The notes beneath the pieces were generated by a model that did no database searches, was not told the origin of the DNA, and saw only the letters and a program-made list of their open reading frames with translations. A stretch of DNA of 64,000 nucleotides, from positions 32,001 to 96,000 of the forward strand of contig JAVKHQ010000001.1 in NCBI GenBank assembly GCA_031459875.1. The letters are read 5' to 3'. The stretch is from Candidatus Fervidifonticultor sextus. Lineage in GTDB: Bacteria; Sysuimicrobiota; Sysuimicrobiia; Sysuimicrobiales; Humicultoraceae. Below are positions 19,740 through 29,429 of the stretch, in pieces; within the stretch, counting starts at the first letter, position 1; every line of letters starts with the position of its first letter. The position numbers were made by a program, and so were the translations under genes.

Positions 19740-20804
19740 CTAGCGCGCTGCGGCCCGCGGCCGCGTGGGCATCAGCCCGGCGGCCAGCAGGGACTCGGCG
19801 ATCTGGATCGCGTTCAGCGCCGCGCCCTTGCGGAGGTTGTCCGAGGCCATCACCAGGCGCAGGGCCCGGGGGTCGAACGGATCGGCCCGCAGACGCCCCA
19901 CGTAGACGGGATCGCGGCCCGCCGCCAGGTGCGGGGTGGGCACGCGGTCGCTGGCAGGATCGTCCACCACCTCGACCCCGGGGAACGCCGCCAGGACGTC
20001 CCGGGCCTCCGCAGGGTTCAGCGGCCGGTCCAGGTCCAGGTGCACGGCCAGGGTGTGTCCCACCAGCACGGGCACCCGCATGGTCGTCACGCTGACGGCG
20101 ATGTCCGCCGCCAGGATCTTGCGTGTCTCGGCGACGACCTTCGCCTCCTCCTCGGTCTCGCCGTCTGGCTGCCACTTCCACTGCGGCCGCACGTTGAAGG
20201 CGACAGGATTGGGCACCCCGGCCGCGGTCGCGATGCGGTCGAGATCGCCGCTCTCCAGCGCCTCGGGGACCTCCAGCAGGCGCCGGGTGTGGTCGAGCAG
20301 CGCCCGCATGTTGTCGAGCCCGCCGCCGGAGACCGACTGATACGTGGCCACGACGCACCGCCGGATCCCCGCGGCGTCGTGGAGCGGCTTGAGCGCCATC
20401 ACCAGCGCGGCCGTGGTGCAGTTCGGGTTGGCAATGACCCCCTGGTGCCCGCGCAGGGCCTGGCCGTTGACCTCGGGCACCACCAGCGGCACGCGGGGAT
20501 CCATCCGCCAGGTGGACGAGTTGTCCACCGCCACCCCGCCGCGCTCGGCGACCGCCCAGGCGTAGCGCCGGCTGGCGTCGTCGCCGCCGGCGAACAGGAC
20601 CAGGTCGGCGTCCAGCAGCCCCTCGCCCGTTTCTTCCACGACGAGCGGCTTCCCCCCAAACAAGATCTCCTTTCCCGCGGACCGGGCGGTGGCAAACACC
20701 CGCAGGCGGGCGATGGGGAAGCGGCGTTCCTCCAGGATGCGGACCATGGCGCCGCCGACCACTCCGGTGGCGCCGACGACAGCGACGTGCAGGCCGGGTT
20801 CCAC
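19740..20804 (-). CDS. asd: Aspartate-semialdehyde dehydrogenase
   Basis: VGATGVVG, DNSSTWRM, NPNCTT, TYQSVSG and DNLRKGAALNA. Confidence 0.97.
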   Translation of the reverse strand: MEPGLHVAVVGATGVVGGAMVRILEERRFPIARLRVFATARSAGKEILFGGKPLVVEETGEGLLDADLVLFAGGDDASRRYAWAVAERGGVAVDNSSTWRMDPRVPLVVPEVNGQALRGHQGVIANPNCTTAALVMALKPLHDAAGIRRCVVATYQSVSGGGLDNMRALLDHTRRLLEVPEALESGDLDRIATAAGVPNPVAFNVRPQWKWQPDGETEEEAKVVAETRKILAADIAVSVTTMRVPVLVGHTLAVHLDLDRPLNPAEARDVLAAFPGVEVVDDPASDRVPTPHLAAGRDPVYVGRLRADPFDPRALRLVMASDNLRKGAALNAIQIAESLLAAGLMPTRPRAAAR

Positions 20805-20823
20805 GATGCCTCCTCCCTGCGTA

Positions 20824-21630
20824 TTAGCGTAATGCTAGCAGATGCTCCAGTCCGTAGACCAGTCCCTGCAGGTCGCCCACCCGCCGGATGGCGAGCAGCA
20901 GGCCGGGCATGAACGACTCTTCATTGAGCGAATCGTGCCGGATGGTCAACGTCTGGCCCGGGCCGCCAAAGATGATCTCCTGGTGGGCGACCAGCCCGGG
21001 CAGGCGCACGCTGTGGACGCGGACGCCGTCGCTGGTCCCCCCGCGCGCCCCGATGACCAACTCTTCCTCCTTGACCGCCGGCGCCGGCGGATCGCCCCGC
21101 GCCTCCGCGATCAGCCGCGCGGTCCTAAGCGCCGTGCCCGACGGCGCGTCGCGCTTACGGTCGTGATGCAGTTCGATGATCTCCGCGTGGGGGAGAAACC
21201 GGGCGGCGGTCCGGGCGAACTCCATCATGAGGACGGCGCCGACGGCGAAGTTGGGGGCGATCACGGCGCCGACCCGCCGCTGCGCGGCCAGGGCGGTGAG
21301 GGCGCCGATTTCCTCCGTGGAGAGGCCGGTGCTGCCGACCACCGGCCGGACGCCGGCCTCGAGTGCGGCCCTCGCGTGCTCGCCGGCGGCGCGGCCCGGG
21401 GCGAACTCCACCAGGACGTCAGGCTGCGCCGCCACCACGGCGTCGAACTCGGCCGTGATCGCCACACCCAGGGGACCGGCGCCGGCCACCTCGCCGGCGT
21501 CCTGCCCGACGCCCCGCTCGCGGCCCAGCGCCGCCACCAGGCGGAGGTCGGGCTCGCGGGCGATGGCGCGCACGGCCGCGCGGCCCATCCGGCCCGCGGC
21601 GCCGCTCACGGCGATCCGAATGGGATCCAT
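20824..21630 (-). CDS. dapB: 4-hydroxy-tetrahydrodipicolinate reductase
   Basis: GAAGRMG, APNF, ELHHDRKRDAPSGTA and HSVRLPG. Confidence 0.97.
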   Translation of the reverse strand: MDPIRIAVSGAAGRMGRAAVRAIAREPDLRLVAALGRERGVGQDAGEVAGAGPLGVAITAEFDAVVAAQPDVLVEFAPGRAAGEHARAALEAGVRPVVGSTGLSTEEIGALTALAAQRRVGAVIAPNFAVGAVLMMEFARTAARFLPHAEIIELHHDRKRDAPSGTALRTARLIAEARGDPPAPAVKEEELVIGARGGTSDGVRVHSVRLPGLVAHQEIIFGGPGQTLTIRHDSLNEESFMPGLLLAIRRVGDLQGLVYGLEHLLALR

Positions 21631-21680
21631 TTGGAAGGAGGGATTCGACGCGAGGAGGTCACCCTCCCGCGTGGTGTACC

Positions 21681-21850
21681 CTACTGCGCGATGCCGACGA
21701 CGCGACCAAGACCCCCGACGCCTTCACCGCGGCCACCGGGTACCACCGCAAGGCTCCGGGGATCCTCTGCGTGGCGGGCGGGGTGATGCCGGCGGAGGGC
21801 GGGGGCACCCCCGCCCGGCGGTGGACCCTGGTTTACACCGCCGTCGTCGC
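21681..21850 (+). pseudogene. Possible decayed 5' fragment of an integrase-type (ISNCY-like) transposase
   Basis: A start-less plus frame with nearly all G/C third positions reads LLRDADDATKTPDAFTAATGYHRKAPGIL...RRWTLVYTAVV. From memory this resembles the transposase N-terminal motif K..ILDEF.A.TGYHRK.A..LL. Confidence 0.4.
21797..21816. terminator. GC hairpin just downstream of the M16 peptidase stop
   Basis: Perfect inverted repeat GGGCGGGGG-CA-CCCCCGCCC; no U tract. Confidence 0.35.
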
Positions 21851-23146
21851 GACGGGCGCAGGAGTGAGACGGGCGAGCGAGGCGGTAAACGTCCGCTCCA
21901 GCTCCGCCCGGGAGGCCGCCTGGGTGCCAAACGGCCCGATGGCCGCCATCGCCATCTGGTCCGGGGTGAAGATCTCCGTCGCCATCTTCGCCACGTCGGC
22001 GGCGGTGACCGCGTCGATGCGCGCCAGGATCTCGTCGAACTCGATCTGCCGGCCGTAGTAGAGTTCGGAGCGGGCGAGTTTGCTCATGCGGCTGCCCGTG
22101 CTCTCCAGCGAGAGCATGATGCTACCCTTCAGCGACTCCTTGGCCCGGTGCAGTTCGGCCTCGTCCAGGGCGGCCGGCAGCCGCGCGATCTCCTCGATGG
22201 TGAGCCGCATCACCTCGGGCGCGTTCTCCGGGCTCATGGCGGCGTAGATCACGAACAGCCCGCCCTCGCGGTAGGAGGCCGAGTACGACGCGATGGTGTA
22301 GACCAGGCCGCGCGTCTCGCGGATCTCCTGGAACAGGCGGCTGCTCATCCCCCCGCCCAGGAGGTTGTCGAGGACCGCCAGCACGTAGCGGTCCTCGTCG
22401 CCCTGGGCCCGGCCGCGGGTGGCCAGGCACAGGTGGACCTGTTCGATCTCCTTGGTCTTCAGGTTCACGGCCGGCGACGGGGTCGGGATCTCCGTGGGCA
22501 GGTGGGTGGTCCGACCGTCCCACCCGGCCAGGTGCTGGGCCACGAGGTCCACCACGGCCTCGTGGCGGATGTCTCCGGCCACGCTGATGACGATGTTGTC
22601 CGGCCGGTAGCGCTTCTCGATGTAGCGGACGAAGTCTTCGCGGGTGAGTTTCGCCACGGCTTTGCGCGTACCGATGACCGAGCGTCCCAGCGGGTGGCCG
22701 TCCCAGATCGTCTGGGTGATCAGGTCCTGGACCACCTCGTCGGGGGAGTCCTCGTAGGTCTTGATCTCCTCGATGACCACCTGGCGCTCGCGTTCGATGG
22801 CGTCGGGGTCGAACGCCGAGTTCAGCAGCATGTCGGCCAGCAGTTCGACGATGGCGGGCAGGTGGTTGGCCAGGACCTTGACGTAGAAGCAGGTGTGCTC
22901 CCGGTCGGTGAAGGCGTTCATCTGGCCGCCCAGGGCGTCCACCGCCTGGGCGATCACCAGCGCCGAGCGGGTGTGGGTGCCCTTAAAGAAGAGGTGCTCC
23001 AGGAAGTGCGAGATCCCGTGCTGGCTGGCGGGTTCGTACCGCGAGCCGGTTCCCACCCAGATCCCCAGCGAGGCCGTGCGGACCTGGGGCATGGCTTCGG
23101 TGACCACCCGGATGCCGTTGGGGAGCACGGACTTCGCAAGCTCCAT
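21833..23146 (-). CDS. M16B family zinc peptidase (MlpA-like)
   Basis: HFLEH inverted zinc motif, NAFT and LGGGMSSRLFQEIRE.RGLVY; follows pnp. Confidence 0.95.
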   Translation of the reverse strand: MELAKSVLPNGIRVVTEAMPQVRTASLGIWVGTGSRYEPASQHGISHFLEHLFFKGTHTRSALVIAQAVDALGGQMNAFTDREHTCFYVKVLANHLPAIVELLADMLLNSAFDPDAIERERQVVIEEIKTYEDSPDEVVQDLITQTIWDGHPLGRSVIGTRKAVAKLTREDFVRYIEKRYRPDNIVISVAGDIRHEAVVDLVAQHLAGWDGRTTHLPTEIPTPSPAVNLKTKEIEQVHLCLATRGRAQGDEDRYVLAVLDNLLGGGMSSRLFQEIRETRGLVYTIASYSASYREGGLFVIYAAMSPENAPEVMRLTIEEIARLPAALDEAELHRAKESLKGSIMLSLESTGSRMSKLARSELYYGRQIEFDEILARIDAVTAADVAKMATEIFTPDQMAMAAIGPFGTQAASRAELERTFTASLARLTPAPVATTAV

Positions 23147-23161
23147 GGCAGCCTCCCGGTT

Positions 23162-25411
23162 CTAGGGATGCGGTCGCCTCGCCGGCCGGGGGCCGCCGCG
23201 GCGCCGCGGCGGCCGCCCATCGCGGGGCCGACTGCCCGGCCCCCGCAGGCCCCGCGGCCGCGACGAGACGTCCACGGGCTGGCGGTCCTCGTACCGCTCG
23301 TCCCAGCCCTCCGGCGGCGGCTTCGTCCCGCGGTGGGTCAGGTTGATCCGGCCCATGCTGTCGATCTCTTTGACCTTGACGTCGATCTCATCGCCGACCT
23401 TAACCACGTCCTCGACCTTGTTCACATGGTCGTAGGACAGCTCCGAGATGTGGACGAGGCCCTCCTTGCCCGGCGAGAGTTCCACGAACGCGCCGAAGTT
23501 CATCAGGCGCGTCACGCGGCCGCGGTAGGTGTCGCCGACCTGCACCTCGTGGACCAGCGCCTCGATCATGGCGGCCGCGCGCCGGGCCGCCTCCTCGTTG
23601 ACCGAGGCGATGGTGACCCGGCCGTCCTGCTCGATGTCGATCTTGGTGCCGGTCTCGGCCGTGATCTTGTTGATGACCTTGCCGCCGGGCCCGATGACCT
23701 CCCGGATCTTCTCGGGGTTGATCTGGATCGTCACGATGCGCGGGGCGTAGGGCGACAGGATCGTGCGCGGCGCGGGGATGGCCTGGGCCATGGCGTCCAG
23801 GATCACCATCCGGGCCTCCCGCGCCTGGGCCAGGGCCTCGGCGAGGATCGCCCGCGACAGGCCGGCGATCTTGATGTCCATCTGGAGGGCTGTCACCCCG
23901 CGGCGGGTGCCGGCGACCTTGAAGTCCATGTCGCCCATGGCATCCTCGATCCCCTGGATGTCGGTGAGGACCGCATAGCGGCCGTCTTGGCCGCTGACTA
24001 GGCCCATGGCGATGCCGCCGACCGGCGCCCGGATGGGCACGCCAGCGTCCATCAGGGCCAGGGTCGAGCCGCAGACCGAGGCCATGGATGTGCTGCCGTT
24101 GGACTCCAAGACCTCGGAGACGATCCGGATGGTGTAGGGGAACTGGTCCTCGGGCGGGATCATCCGCTCCAGCGCCCGCTCGGCCAGCGCGCCGTGCCCC
24201 ACCTCGCGCCGGCCGGGGCTGCGCAGGGGTCGGACCTCGCCCACGGAGAACGGCGGGAAGGAGTAGTGATGCATGAACCGCTTGAACTCGCGGATGCCGA
24301 TGTCGTCCAGTCGCTGCTCGTCTTCGCCCGTGCCCAGCGTGACGATGGAGAGGACCTGGGTCTGTCCCCGCTGGAACAGCCCGGACCCGTGGGTGCGGGG
24401 CAGCAGCCCCACCGCGCACGCCAGCGGCCGGATGTCTTTGGGCCCGCGGCCGTCGGGCCGCACGCCGTCGACGAGGATGCGCCGGCGGACCTCCTCCTTG
24501 ACGATGGCGGTGATGACCTCGCCGATGCTGCCGGCCTGATCGGGGAACTGCTCTACCAGCTTCGCCGAGACTTCGGCCTCGACCGCCCGCAGCGCGTCCT
24601 CGCGCGCCAGTTTCTCCGGGTGCGACAGGGCGTCGCGTACCAGCGGCAGGGCGGCCTCCCGGACGGCGGCCTCCAGGGCCGGATCGGGCGCAAACAGGGT
24701 GACCTGGCGGGGCGGCTTCCCCGCCACGGCCTGCAGCTGGCGCTGGGCGGCGACGATCCGCCGGATCTCGACCTGCGCCAGATCGATGGCGTCCAGGAGC
24801 TGCTCCTCCGGTACCTCGTCGGCACCGGCCTCGACCATGATGATGGCCTCCTCGGTACCCGCCACGATGAGGTCGAGCCGGCTCTCCTCTTCCACCTGGC
24901 GCATGGTGGGGTTGATCACCAGCCGGTCGCCGATCAGGCCGACGCGCACGGCCCCGATCGGGCCGCCGAAGGGAATCCCGGAGATGACCAGGGCCGCCGA
25001 GGCCCCGTTCATGGCCGCGACCCCGGGGTCGTGCTCCTGGTCGGTCGAGAGCACGGTGGCGATGACCTGGACGTCGTTGCGGAACCCTTTGGGGAACAGC
25101 GGCCGGATCGGCCGGTCGATGAGCCGAGAGGTCAGGATGGCCCGCTCGCCGGGCCGGCCCTCCCGCTTGAAGAACCCCCCGGGGATCTTCCCGGCGGCGT
25201 ACATCTTTTCCTCGAAGTCGCATGTCAGCGGGAAGAAGTCGATCCCCTCCCGCACCGTCTCGGACATGGTGGCCGTCACCAGGACGACGGTCTCGCCCAT
25301 GGTGACGGTCACGGCGCCGTGGGCTTGCCTGGCGAGCAGACCCGTCTCGAAGACGATCCGCTCGCCGCCGACCTCGGCCTCGGCGCGACGAACCAGCGAT
25401 GCCAGATCCAT
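23162..25411 (-). CDS. pnp: Polyribonucleotide nucleotidyltransferase
   Basis: [35 protein letters not shown], and KH and S1 domains. Confidence 0.99.
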   Translation of the reverse strand: MDLASLVRRAEAEVGGERIVFETGLLARQAHGAVTVTMGETVVLVTATMSETVREGIDFFPLTCDFEEKMYAAGKIPGGFFKREGRPGERAILTSRLIDRPIRPLFPKGFRNDVQVIATVLSTDQEHDPGVAAMNGASAALVISGIPFGGPIGAVRVGLIGDRLVINPTMRQVEEESRLDLIVAGTEEAIIMVEAGADEVPEEQLLDAIDLAQVEIRRIVAAQRQLQAVAGKPPRQVTLFAPDPALEAAVREAALPLVRDALSHPEKLAREDALRAVEAEVSAKLVEQFPDQAGSIGEVITAIVKEEVRRRILVDGVRPDGRGPKDIRPLACAVGLLPRTHGSGLFQRGQTQVLSIVTLGTGEDEQRLDDIGIREFKRFMHHYSFPPFSVGEVRPLRSPGRREVGHGALAERALERMIPPEDQFPYTIRIVSEVLESNGSTSMASVCGSTLALMDAGVPIRAPVGGIAMGLVSGQDGRYAVLTDIQGIEDAMGDMDFKVAGTRRGVTALQMDIKIAGLSRAILAEALAQAREARMVILDAMAQAIPAPRTILSPYAPRIVTIQINPEKIREVIGPGGKVINKITAETGTKIDIEQDGRVTIASVNEEAARRAAAMIEALVHEVQVGDTYRGRVTRLMNFGAFVELSPGKEGLVHISELSYDHVNKVEDVVKVGDEIDVKVKEIDSMGRINLTHRGTKPPPEGWDERYEDRQPVDVSSRPRGLRGPGSRPRDGRPPRRRGGPRPARRPHP

Positions 25412-25491
25412 TCGATTGACCGTCCTTCCTGTGCTGTTTCAGGTATGCAGGCTCCGGCGGTGCGCGTGCGCGGAGGTGCGCGCCGGGCAGG

Positions 25492-25758
25492 CTACCGCCG
25501 CAGTCCCAACTCGTCCACCAGACGCCGGTACGTGGAGATGTCCGTCCGCTCGAGGTAGGCCAGCAGCCGGCGTCGATTCCCGACCATCTTGAGCAAGCCC
25601 CGCCGGGAGTGGAAGTCCTTGGGGTGGGCCTTGAGGTGCTCGGTGAGCTGGTTGATCCGCTCGGTCAGCAGGGCCACCTGGACCTCCGGGGACCCGGTAT
25701 CCCCACCGTGCCGCCGGTACTTCCCGAGGATCGTCTGCTTGGCCTCAGATTTGAGCAT
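25492..25758 (-). CDS. rpsO: 30S ribosomal protein S15
   Basis: [32 protein letters not shown] 25758 with a GGAGG RBS. Confidence 0.98.
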   Translation of the reverse strand: MLKSEAKQTILGKYRRHGGDTGSPEVQVALLTERINQLTEHLKAHPKDFHSRRGLLKMVGNRRRLLAYLERTDISTYRRLVDELGLRR

Positions 25759-25850
25759 CGGGGTTCCTCCTGCGCCGTTGCGCGTCCGGTCCGTCGCCCA
25801 GAGCCGAGGCGCCGCTGGAGGAGCGGACGTCCCCGCTCGGGCCACCGACC
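25759..25850 (-). promoter_or_regulatory. Structured rpsO 5' leader, probable S15 autoregulatory element
   Basis: Long irregular hairpin (GGUC/GACC, GCCC/GGGC, GAGC/GCUC, CCGCU/AGCGG) with an apical CCUCC loop complementary to the SD. Confidence 0.55.
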
Positions 25851-25879
25851 ATACTAGCACAGCCCCGTCCTCCCCACAA
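25851..25879 (-). promoter_or_regulatory. sigma-A promoter of rpsO
   Basis: TTGTGG-17-TAGTAT with a TGn extended -10. Confidence 0.6.
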
Positions 25880-25923
25880 ACCATCTTTGTCATGGTTTTG
25901 GCTGTAGATATAACAATATCTAA

Positions 25924-26865
25924 CTATTTCGCCAACCTGTTACCGATTTCGAGCACCTCACGGGTCCTCGCGATGTCGGCGGCCATCTGGGCCTTGAGTG
26001 CGTCCACGCCGTCGAACCGGCGCTCGTCCCTGAGCCGTTCGACAAACGCGAGTTCCAGAGGTTGCCCGTAGAGATCCACGTCGGCGTCGAGGAGATGGGC
26101 CTCCACGGTCAGGCGGTCTCCACCGAACGTGGGGCGCAGGCCGACGTTGACCGCGGCGCGGTGCGTCTGGCCCCGGGCTGTGGCGTACGCGGCGTAGACG
26201 CCCCTGGCCGGAACGACCTTTTCTGCGGGCACCAGGAGGTTCGCGGTCGGCACGCCCAGCCGGCGGCCGCGGCCCTCGCCCGGCACCACCGTGCCGCGAA
26301 TCGAGTACCATTGGCCCAGCCACTCGCCGGCGGTCCGCACATCCCCCTCGCGCAGTCGGTCCCGGATCGCAGTACTGCTGATGACCGTCCCCGCGTTGGT
26401 CACGGGCGGCACGACCGTGACGCCGATGCGCCGCCGAGCGGCCCAGGCCTCCAGGAACGCCGGCGTCCCCTCCCGGTCCCGACCGAAGGCGTGGGTCGAC
26501 GAGAGCACAAAACGGCGGGGGCCGATCCGGTCTGCCAGCAGGTCCAGCCAGTCCGCCGCGCTCATCTGCCGCACCGCCTCTGTGAACCGCACGACCACGA
26601 GCATGTCGACTCCCATGGCGGCCAGCAGCGCGACGCGTTCTTCCAGGGTCGTCAGGAGGAAGGGCGCCTCCGGCGGCGCAATGATAGTCAGAGGGTGCGG
26701 GTCAAAGGTCAGGACGACCGCGTCCCCATCCTCCTGCGCGGCCGCCTCGCAGACCGTCCGGATCACCGCCCGGTGGCCCAGGTGCACGCCATCGAACGTC
26801 CCCAGGGCAAGGCAGACCGGCCGGCCGCAAGGACGGTACGCGTCGAGCCCCTCGACGATGATCAT
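25924..26865 (-). CDS. ribF: Bifunctional riboflavin kinase/FAD synthetase
   Basis: GTFDGVHLGH, TFDPHP, ISSTAIR, GVPTAN, RPTF and VEAH. Confidence 0.96.
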   Translation of the reverse strand: MIIVEGLDAYRPCGRPVCLALGTFDGVHLGHRAVIRTVCEAAAQEDGDAVVLTFDPHPLTIIAPPEAPFLLTTLEERVALLAAMGVDMLVVVRFTEAVRQMSAADWLDLLADRIGPRRFVLSSTHAFGRDREGTPAFLEAWAARRRIGVTVVPPVTNAGTVISSTAIRDRLREGDVRTAGEWLGQWYSIRGTVVPGEGRGRRLGVPTANLLVPAEKVVPARGVYAAYATARGQTHRAAVNVGLRPTFGGDRLTVEAHLLDADVDLYGQPLELAFVERLRDERRFDGVDALKAQMAADIARTREVLEIGNRLAK

Positions 26866-27809
26866 GGCGTCCCGGGCCCGCGCAGGACCCTGAACGGGCG
26901 GAGCCGCCCGGCCTCCACCCGGGCCAGCGCCAGCAGCCCGCGGCTGTCGCGCACGCGGATCGGCCGCGACGGCGGCAGGCTGGCCCAGCCCGGTACCTGG
27001 AACAGCGGCAGCGGTCGGCCGTCCAGCACCTGATGCCGCTGCAGGGCCGTGACCTCGACGGCTGGCAGATCCTCAAGGGCCTCGTCCATGGACGCCAGGA
27101 ATGTGGGCAGTCGGTCGTCGGCCACCGCGGCCGCGGCCTCCTCCAGCGTCAGGCTGTCGCGCACGTGGAAGCGCCCGACCCGGGTGCGCAGCACGAACGA
27201 CGCGTGCGCGCCGGTCCCCAGCCGCTGGCCGAGGTCGCGCGCCAGCGCCCGGATGTAGGTCCCCTTGGAGCATTCGACCTGCACCAGCGCCGAGGCCCGC
27301 ACCCCGGGGGTGAAGTCCAGCAACCGGCACTCGGTGATCTCCACCCGGCGCGGCTCCACGTCCACCACGTCGCCCCTGCGGGCGGCCTCGTAGAGCCGCT
27401 GACCGCCCCTGCGCACCGCGGAGACCATGGGGGGAATCTGGTCGAATGCTCCCACGAAGCCCGCCAGCGCCGCCTCAACGGTCGCGCGGTCGAGGGACGA
27501 CGCATCGGCTTCGCCGGTGACCGCGCCGTAGGCGTCCCCCGTGTCGGTCGCCACGCCGAAGGTGAACTCCGCCCGATACCCCTTGCGCTGATCGGTGAGG
27601 AACTCGGCGATGCGGGTCGCGGCCCCCAGACAGCAGACCAGCACGCCGCAGGCCCCCGGGTCCAGGGTCCCGGTATGGCCGACGCGCCGCATGCCGAGCA
27701 GCCGCCGCAGTTCGTCGATGACGTCGTGGGACGTCATGCCCGGCGGTTTGAGCAGGTTGAGGACGCCGACGAAGGGCGCGGGTCCGCTAGCAGCCTTCCG
27801 GGGCGTCAT
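26862..27809 (-). CDS. truB: tRNA pseudouridine(55) synthase
   Basis: KPPGMTSHD, VGHTGTLDP and CSKGTYIR; start ATG 27809. Confidence 0.96.
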   Translation of the reverse strand: MTPRKAASGPAPFVGVLNLLKPPGMTSHDVIDELRRLLGMRRVGHTGTLDPGACGVLVCCLGAATRIAEFLTDQRKGYRAEFTFGVATDTGDAYGAVTGEADASSLDRATVEAALAGFVGAFDQIPPMVSAVRRGGQRLYEAARRGDVVDVEPRRVEITECRLLDFTPGVRASALVQVECSKGTYIRALARDLGQRLGTGAHASFVLRTRVGRFHVRDSLTLEEAAAAVADDRLPTFLASMDEALEDLPAVEVTALQRHQVLDGRPLPLFQVPGWASLPPSRPIRVRDSRGLLALARVEAGRLRPFRVLRGPGTP

Positions 27810-28776
27810 CAGGCCCTCCGGTGACCTCGAGGGCGGCGGCGTCCAGGGCACGGCGCACCACCTCCCGCAGCGCGCCGCTGACTTCCGCGCCGGCCGCGGC
27901 GCGGTGCCCGCCCCCACCCAGGGCCCTCGCCACGCGGTCCGCTCTGGCCCCGTCCCGGGTGCGGATCGATACGCGCACCCCTCCTTCCCGGTCCTCAAAG
28001 GTCATCGCCACCCGGACGCCGGCGATCGTCCGGAGCACGCCTGCAACGCCCGAGGCCTCTTCGGCCGTGGCGCCGGCGGCGGCCAGCATCGCCGGGGTGA
28101 TCAACGTCGTCGCCACCGCGCCGCCGTGGTGGAGCGTCAGGCCGGCGAGCGCGTGGCCCAGCAGGCGCAGGGCCGATGGGGGCCGGTCCTCGTAGACGGC
28201 GCGCACAATCTCGTGGATCGTCACCCCTCGCTCCACCAGGTCAGCGGCCAGGCGCAGGGTCCTGGGCGTCGTGTTCGCGTACCGGAAGGCGCCCGTATCT
28301 GTCACCAGCGCCGTCAGCAGCCCGAGCGCGATGGGCCGATCGATGGGGGCGCCCAGACGGGCGATCAGGTCGGCCACCTGCTCCCCCACCGCCGCGGCGG
28401 CCGGATCCCAGTCCGTGAGGTGCGCGTAGGGGGTGTGGTCGGCGTGGTGGTCGATGGCCGCGATGACCCCGGCCCGTCGGATCGCCGCCTCCAGGGGGCC
28501 GCACCGATCCAGGCTGCTGCACTCCATGGTCACGGCGACCTCGACGGCATCGGCGTCATCCACGCCGGCGACAACCCCTCCGGCTCCGGGGAGGAACCGG
28601 AGCGAGGGGGGGACGCCGTCTGGGCTGGCCACCGTGGCGGCCACACCGAGGCGATCCAGGGCCGCCGCCAGCGCGAGTCCGGCGCCGAGGCAGTCGCCGT
28701 CGGGACCCACATGGCAGACGATGAGGACGCGCCGGCTAGCCCGCAGCGTCCGGGCGATGGCCGCCCGCTCCTCCAC
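27787..28776 (-). CDS. DHH/DHHA1 bifunctional oligoribonuclease/pAp phosphatase (NrnA-like)
   Basis: HVGPDGDC, IDHH, TDTGAF and GGGGH..AAG; rbfA-truB context. Confidence 0.9.
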   Translation of the reverse strand: MEERAAIARTLRASRRVLIVCHVGPDGDCLGAGLALAAALDRLGVAATVASPDGVPPSLRFLPGAGGVVAGVDDADAVEVAVTMECSSLDRCGPLEAAIRRAGVIAAIDHHADHTPYAHLTDWDPAAAAVGEQVADLIARLGAPIDRPIALGLLTALVTDTGAFRYANTTPRTLRLAADLVERGVTIHEIVRAVYEDRPPSALRLLGHALAGLTLHHGGAVATTLITPAMLAAAGATAEEASGVAGVLRTIAGVRVAMTFEDREGGVRVSIRTRDGARADRVARALGGGGHRAAAGAEVSGALREVVRRALDAAALEVTGGPDDAPEGC

Positions 28777-29122
28777 CCGATCCCTCCTCGACCTCCCGCA
28801 TCAAAGAGACGACGCGGGTGCCGCGTTCGATGGACTTGTCGAGGCGAAAGAGGATCTCGGGCACGAACCGCACCTGGAGCCGCGCGCCGAGGGCAGAGCG
28901 GATGTGACCCCGCGCGCGCTCCAGTCCCTCCATCGAGCGCTGCTTGGCCAGATCGTCCCCCAGCACGCTGACGAAGATCTTGGCGTGCCGCAGATCGGCG
29001 CTGACCACCACGTCGGTGATCGAGACGAACCCGATACGCGGGTCCTTGAGTTCACGCTGGATGATCTCGCTGGCCTCGGTGCGGATGACCTCGGCGAGGC
29101 GCTCGGCGCGGGTGGGAGGCAT
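28736..29122 (-). CDS. rbfA: Ribosome-binding factor A
   Basis: KDPRIGFVSIT.V.VSADLRHAKIFVS and VPEILF..D.S. Start is 29122 or 29137. Confidence 0.95.
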   Translation of the reverse strand: MPPTRAERLAEVIRTEASEIIQRELKDPRIGFVSITDVVVSADLRHAKIFVSVLGDDLAKQRSMEGLERARGHIRSALGARLQVRFVPEILFRLDKSIERGTRVVSLMREVEEGSGGGAGGHRPDAAG

Positions 29123-29137
29123 CGTGGCTGGCTCCAT

Positions 29138-29425
29138 CTATCGCATCTCGATCTGGACGTCCATCAGGACCACCTCGCCCTGGTGGTCGACGAAGTCGGC
29201 CACCCGCGCAAGGACAGCATGGGCGTGCCGGGCGGAGGTGGAGATACAGGCAAAGGCCAGCGTCGCCCGCCGCCACTGCTCATGGTGGTCCACCTCGGCG
29301 GCGCTCACGCGGAACCGCTGCTGTGCCCGCTCGATCAGGCTCGTGATCGCGCGGCGCTTGTCCTTCAGCCCCCGCGCGCCCGGCAGGCCCACTTCGACCC
29401 GTGCGACCCCCACGACGATGGACAC
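29138..29425 (-). CDS. DUF503 (YlxP-like) protein
   Basis: LKDKR, RFRVSAAEV and QWRRATL; lies between infB and rbfA. Confidence 0.9.
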   Translation of the reverse strand: MSIVVGVARVEVGLPGARGLKDKRRAITSLIERAQQRFRVSAAEVDHHEQWRRATLAFACISTSARHAHAVLARVADFVDHQGEVVLMDVQIEMR

Positions 29426-29429
29426 GTCC

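Noticed and set aside
21631..21832. Lysine riboswitch upstream of dapB-asd-dapA
   Set aside because: The expected location, but the conserved lysine-riboswitch core and a terminator were not found.
21176..24001. Long plus-strand ORFs such as 21176-24001, 28944-32441, 18696-20912 and 41796-43871
   Set aside because: They are antisense shadows of well-identified minus-strand genes, expected at high GC, and show no recognisable motifs.
25900..25930. dif or parS site in the AT-rich palindrome
   Set aside because: It matches neither the XerC/XerD dif consensus nor TGTTTCACGTGAAACA.
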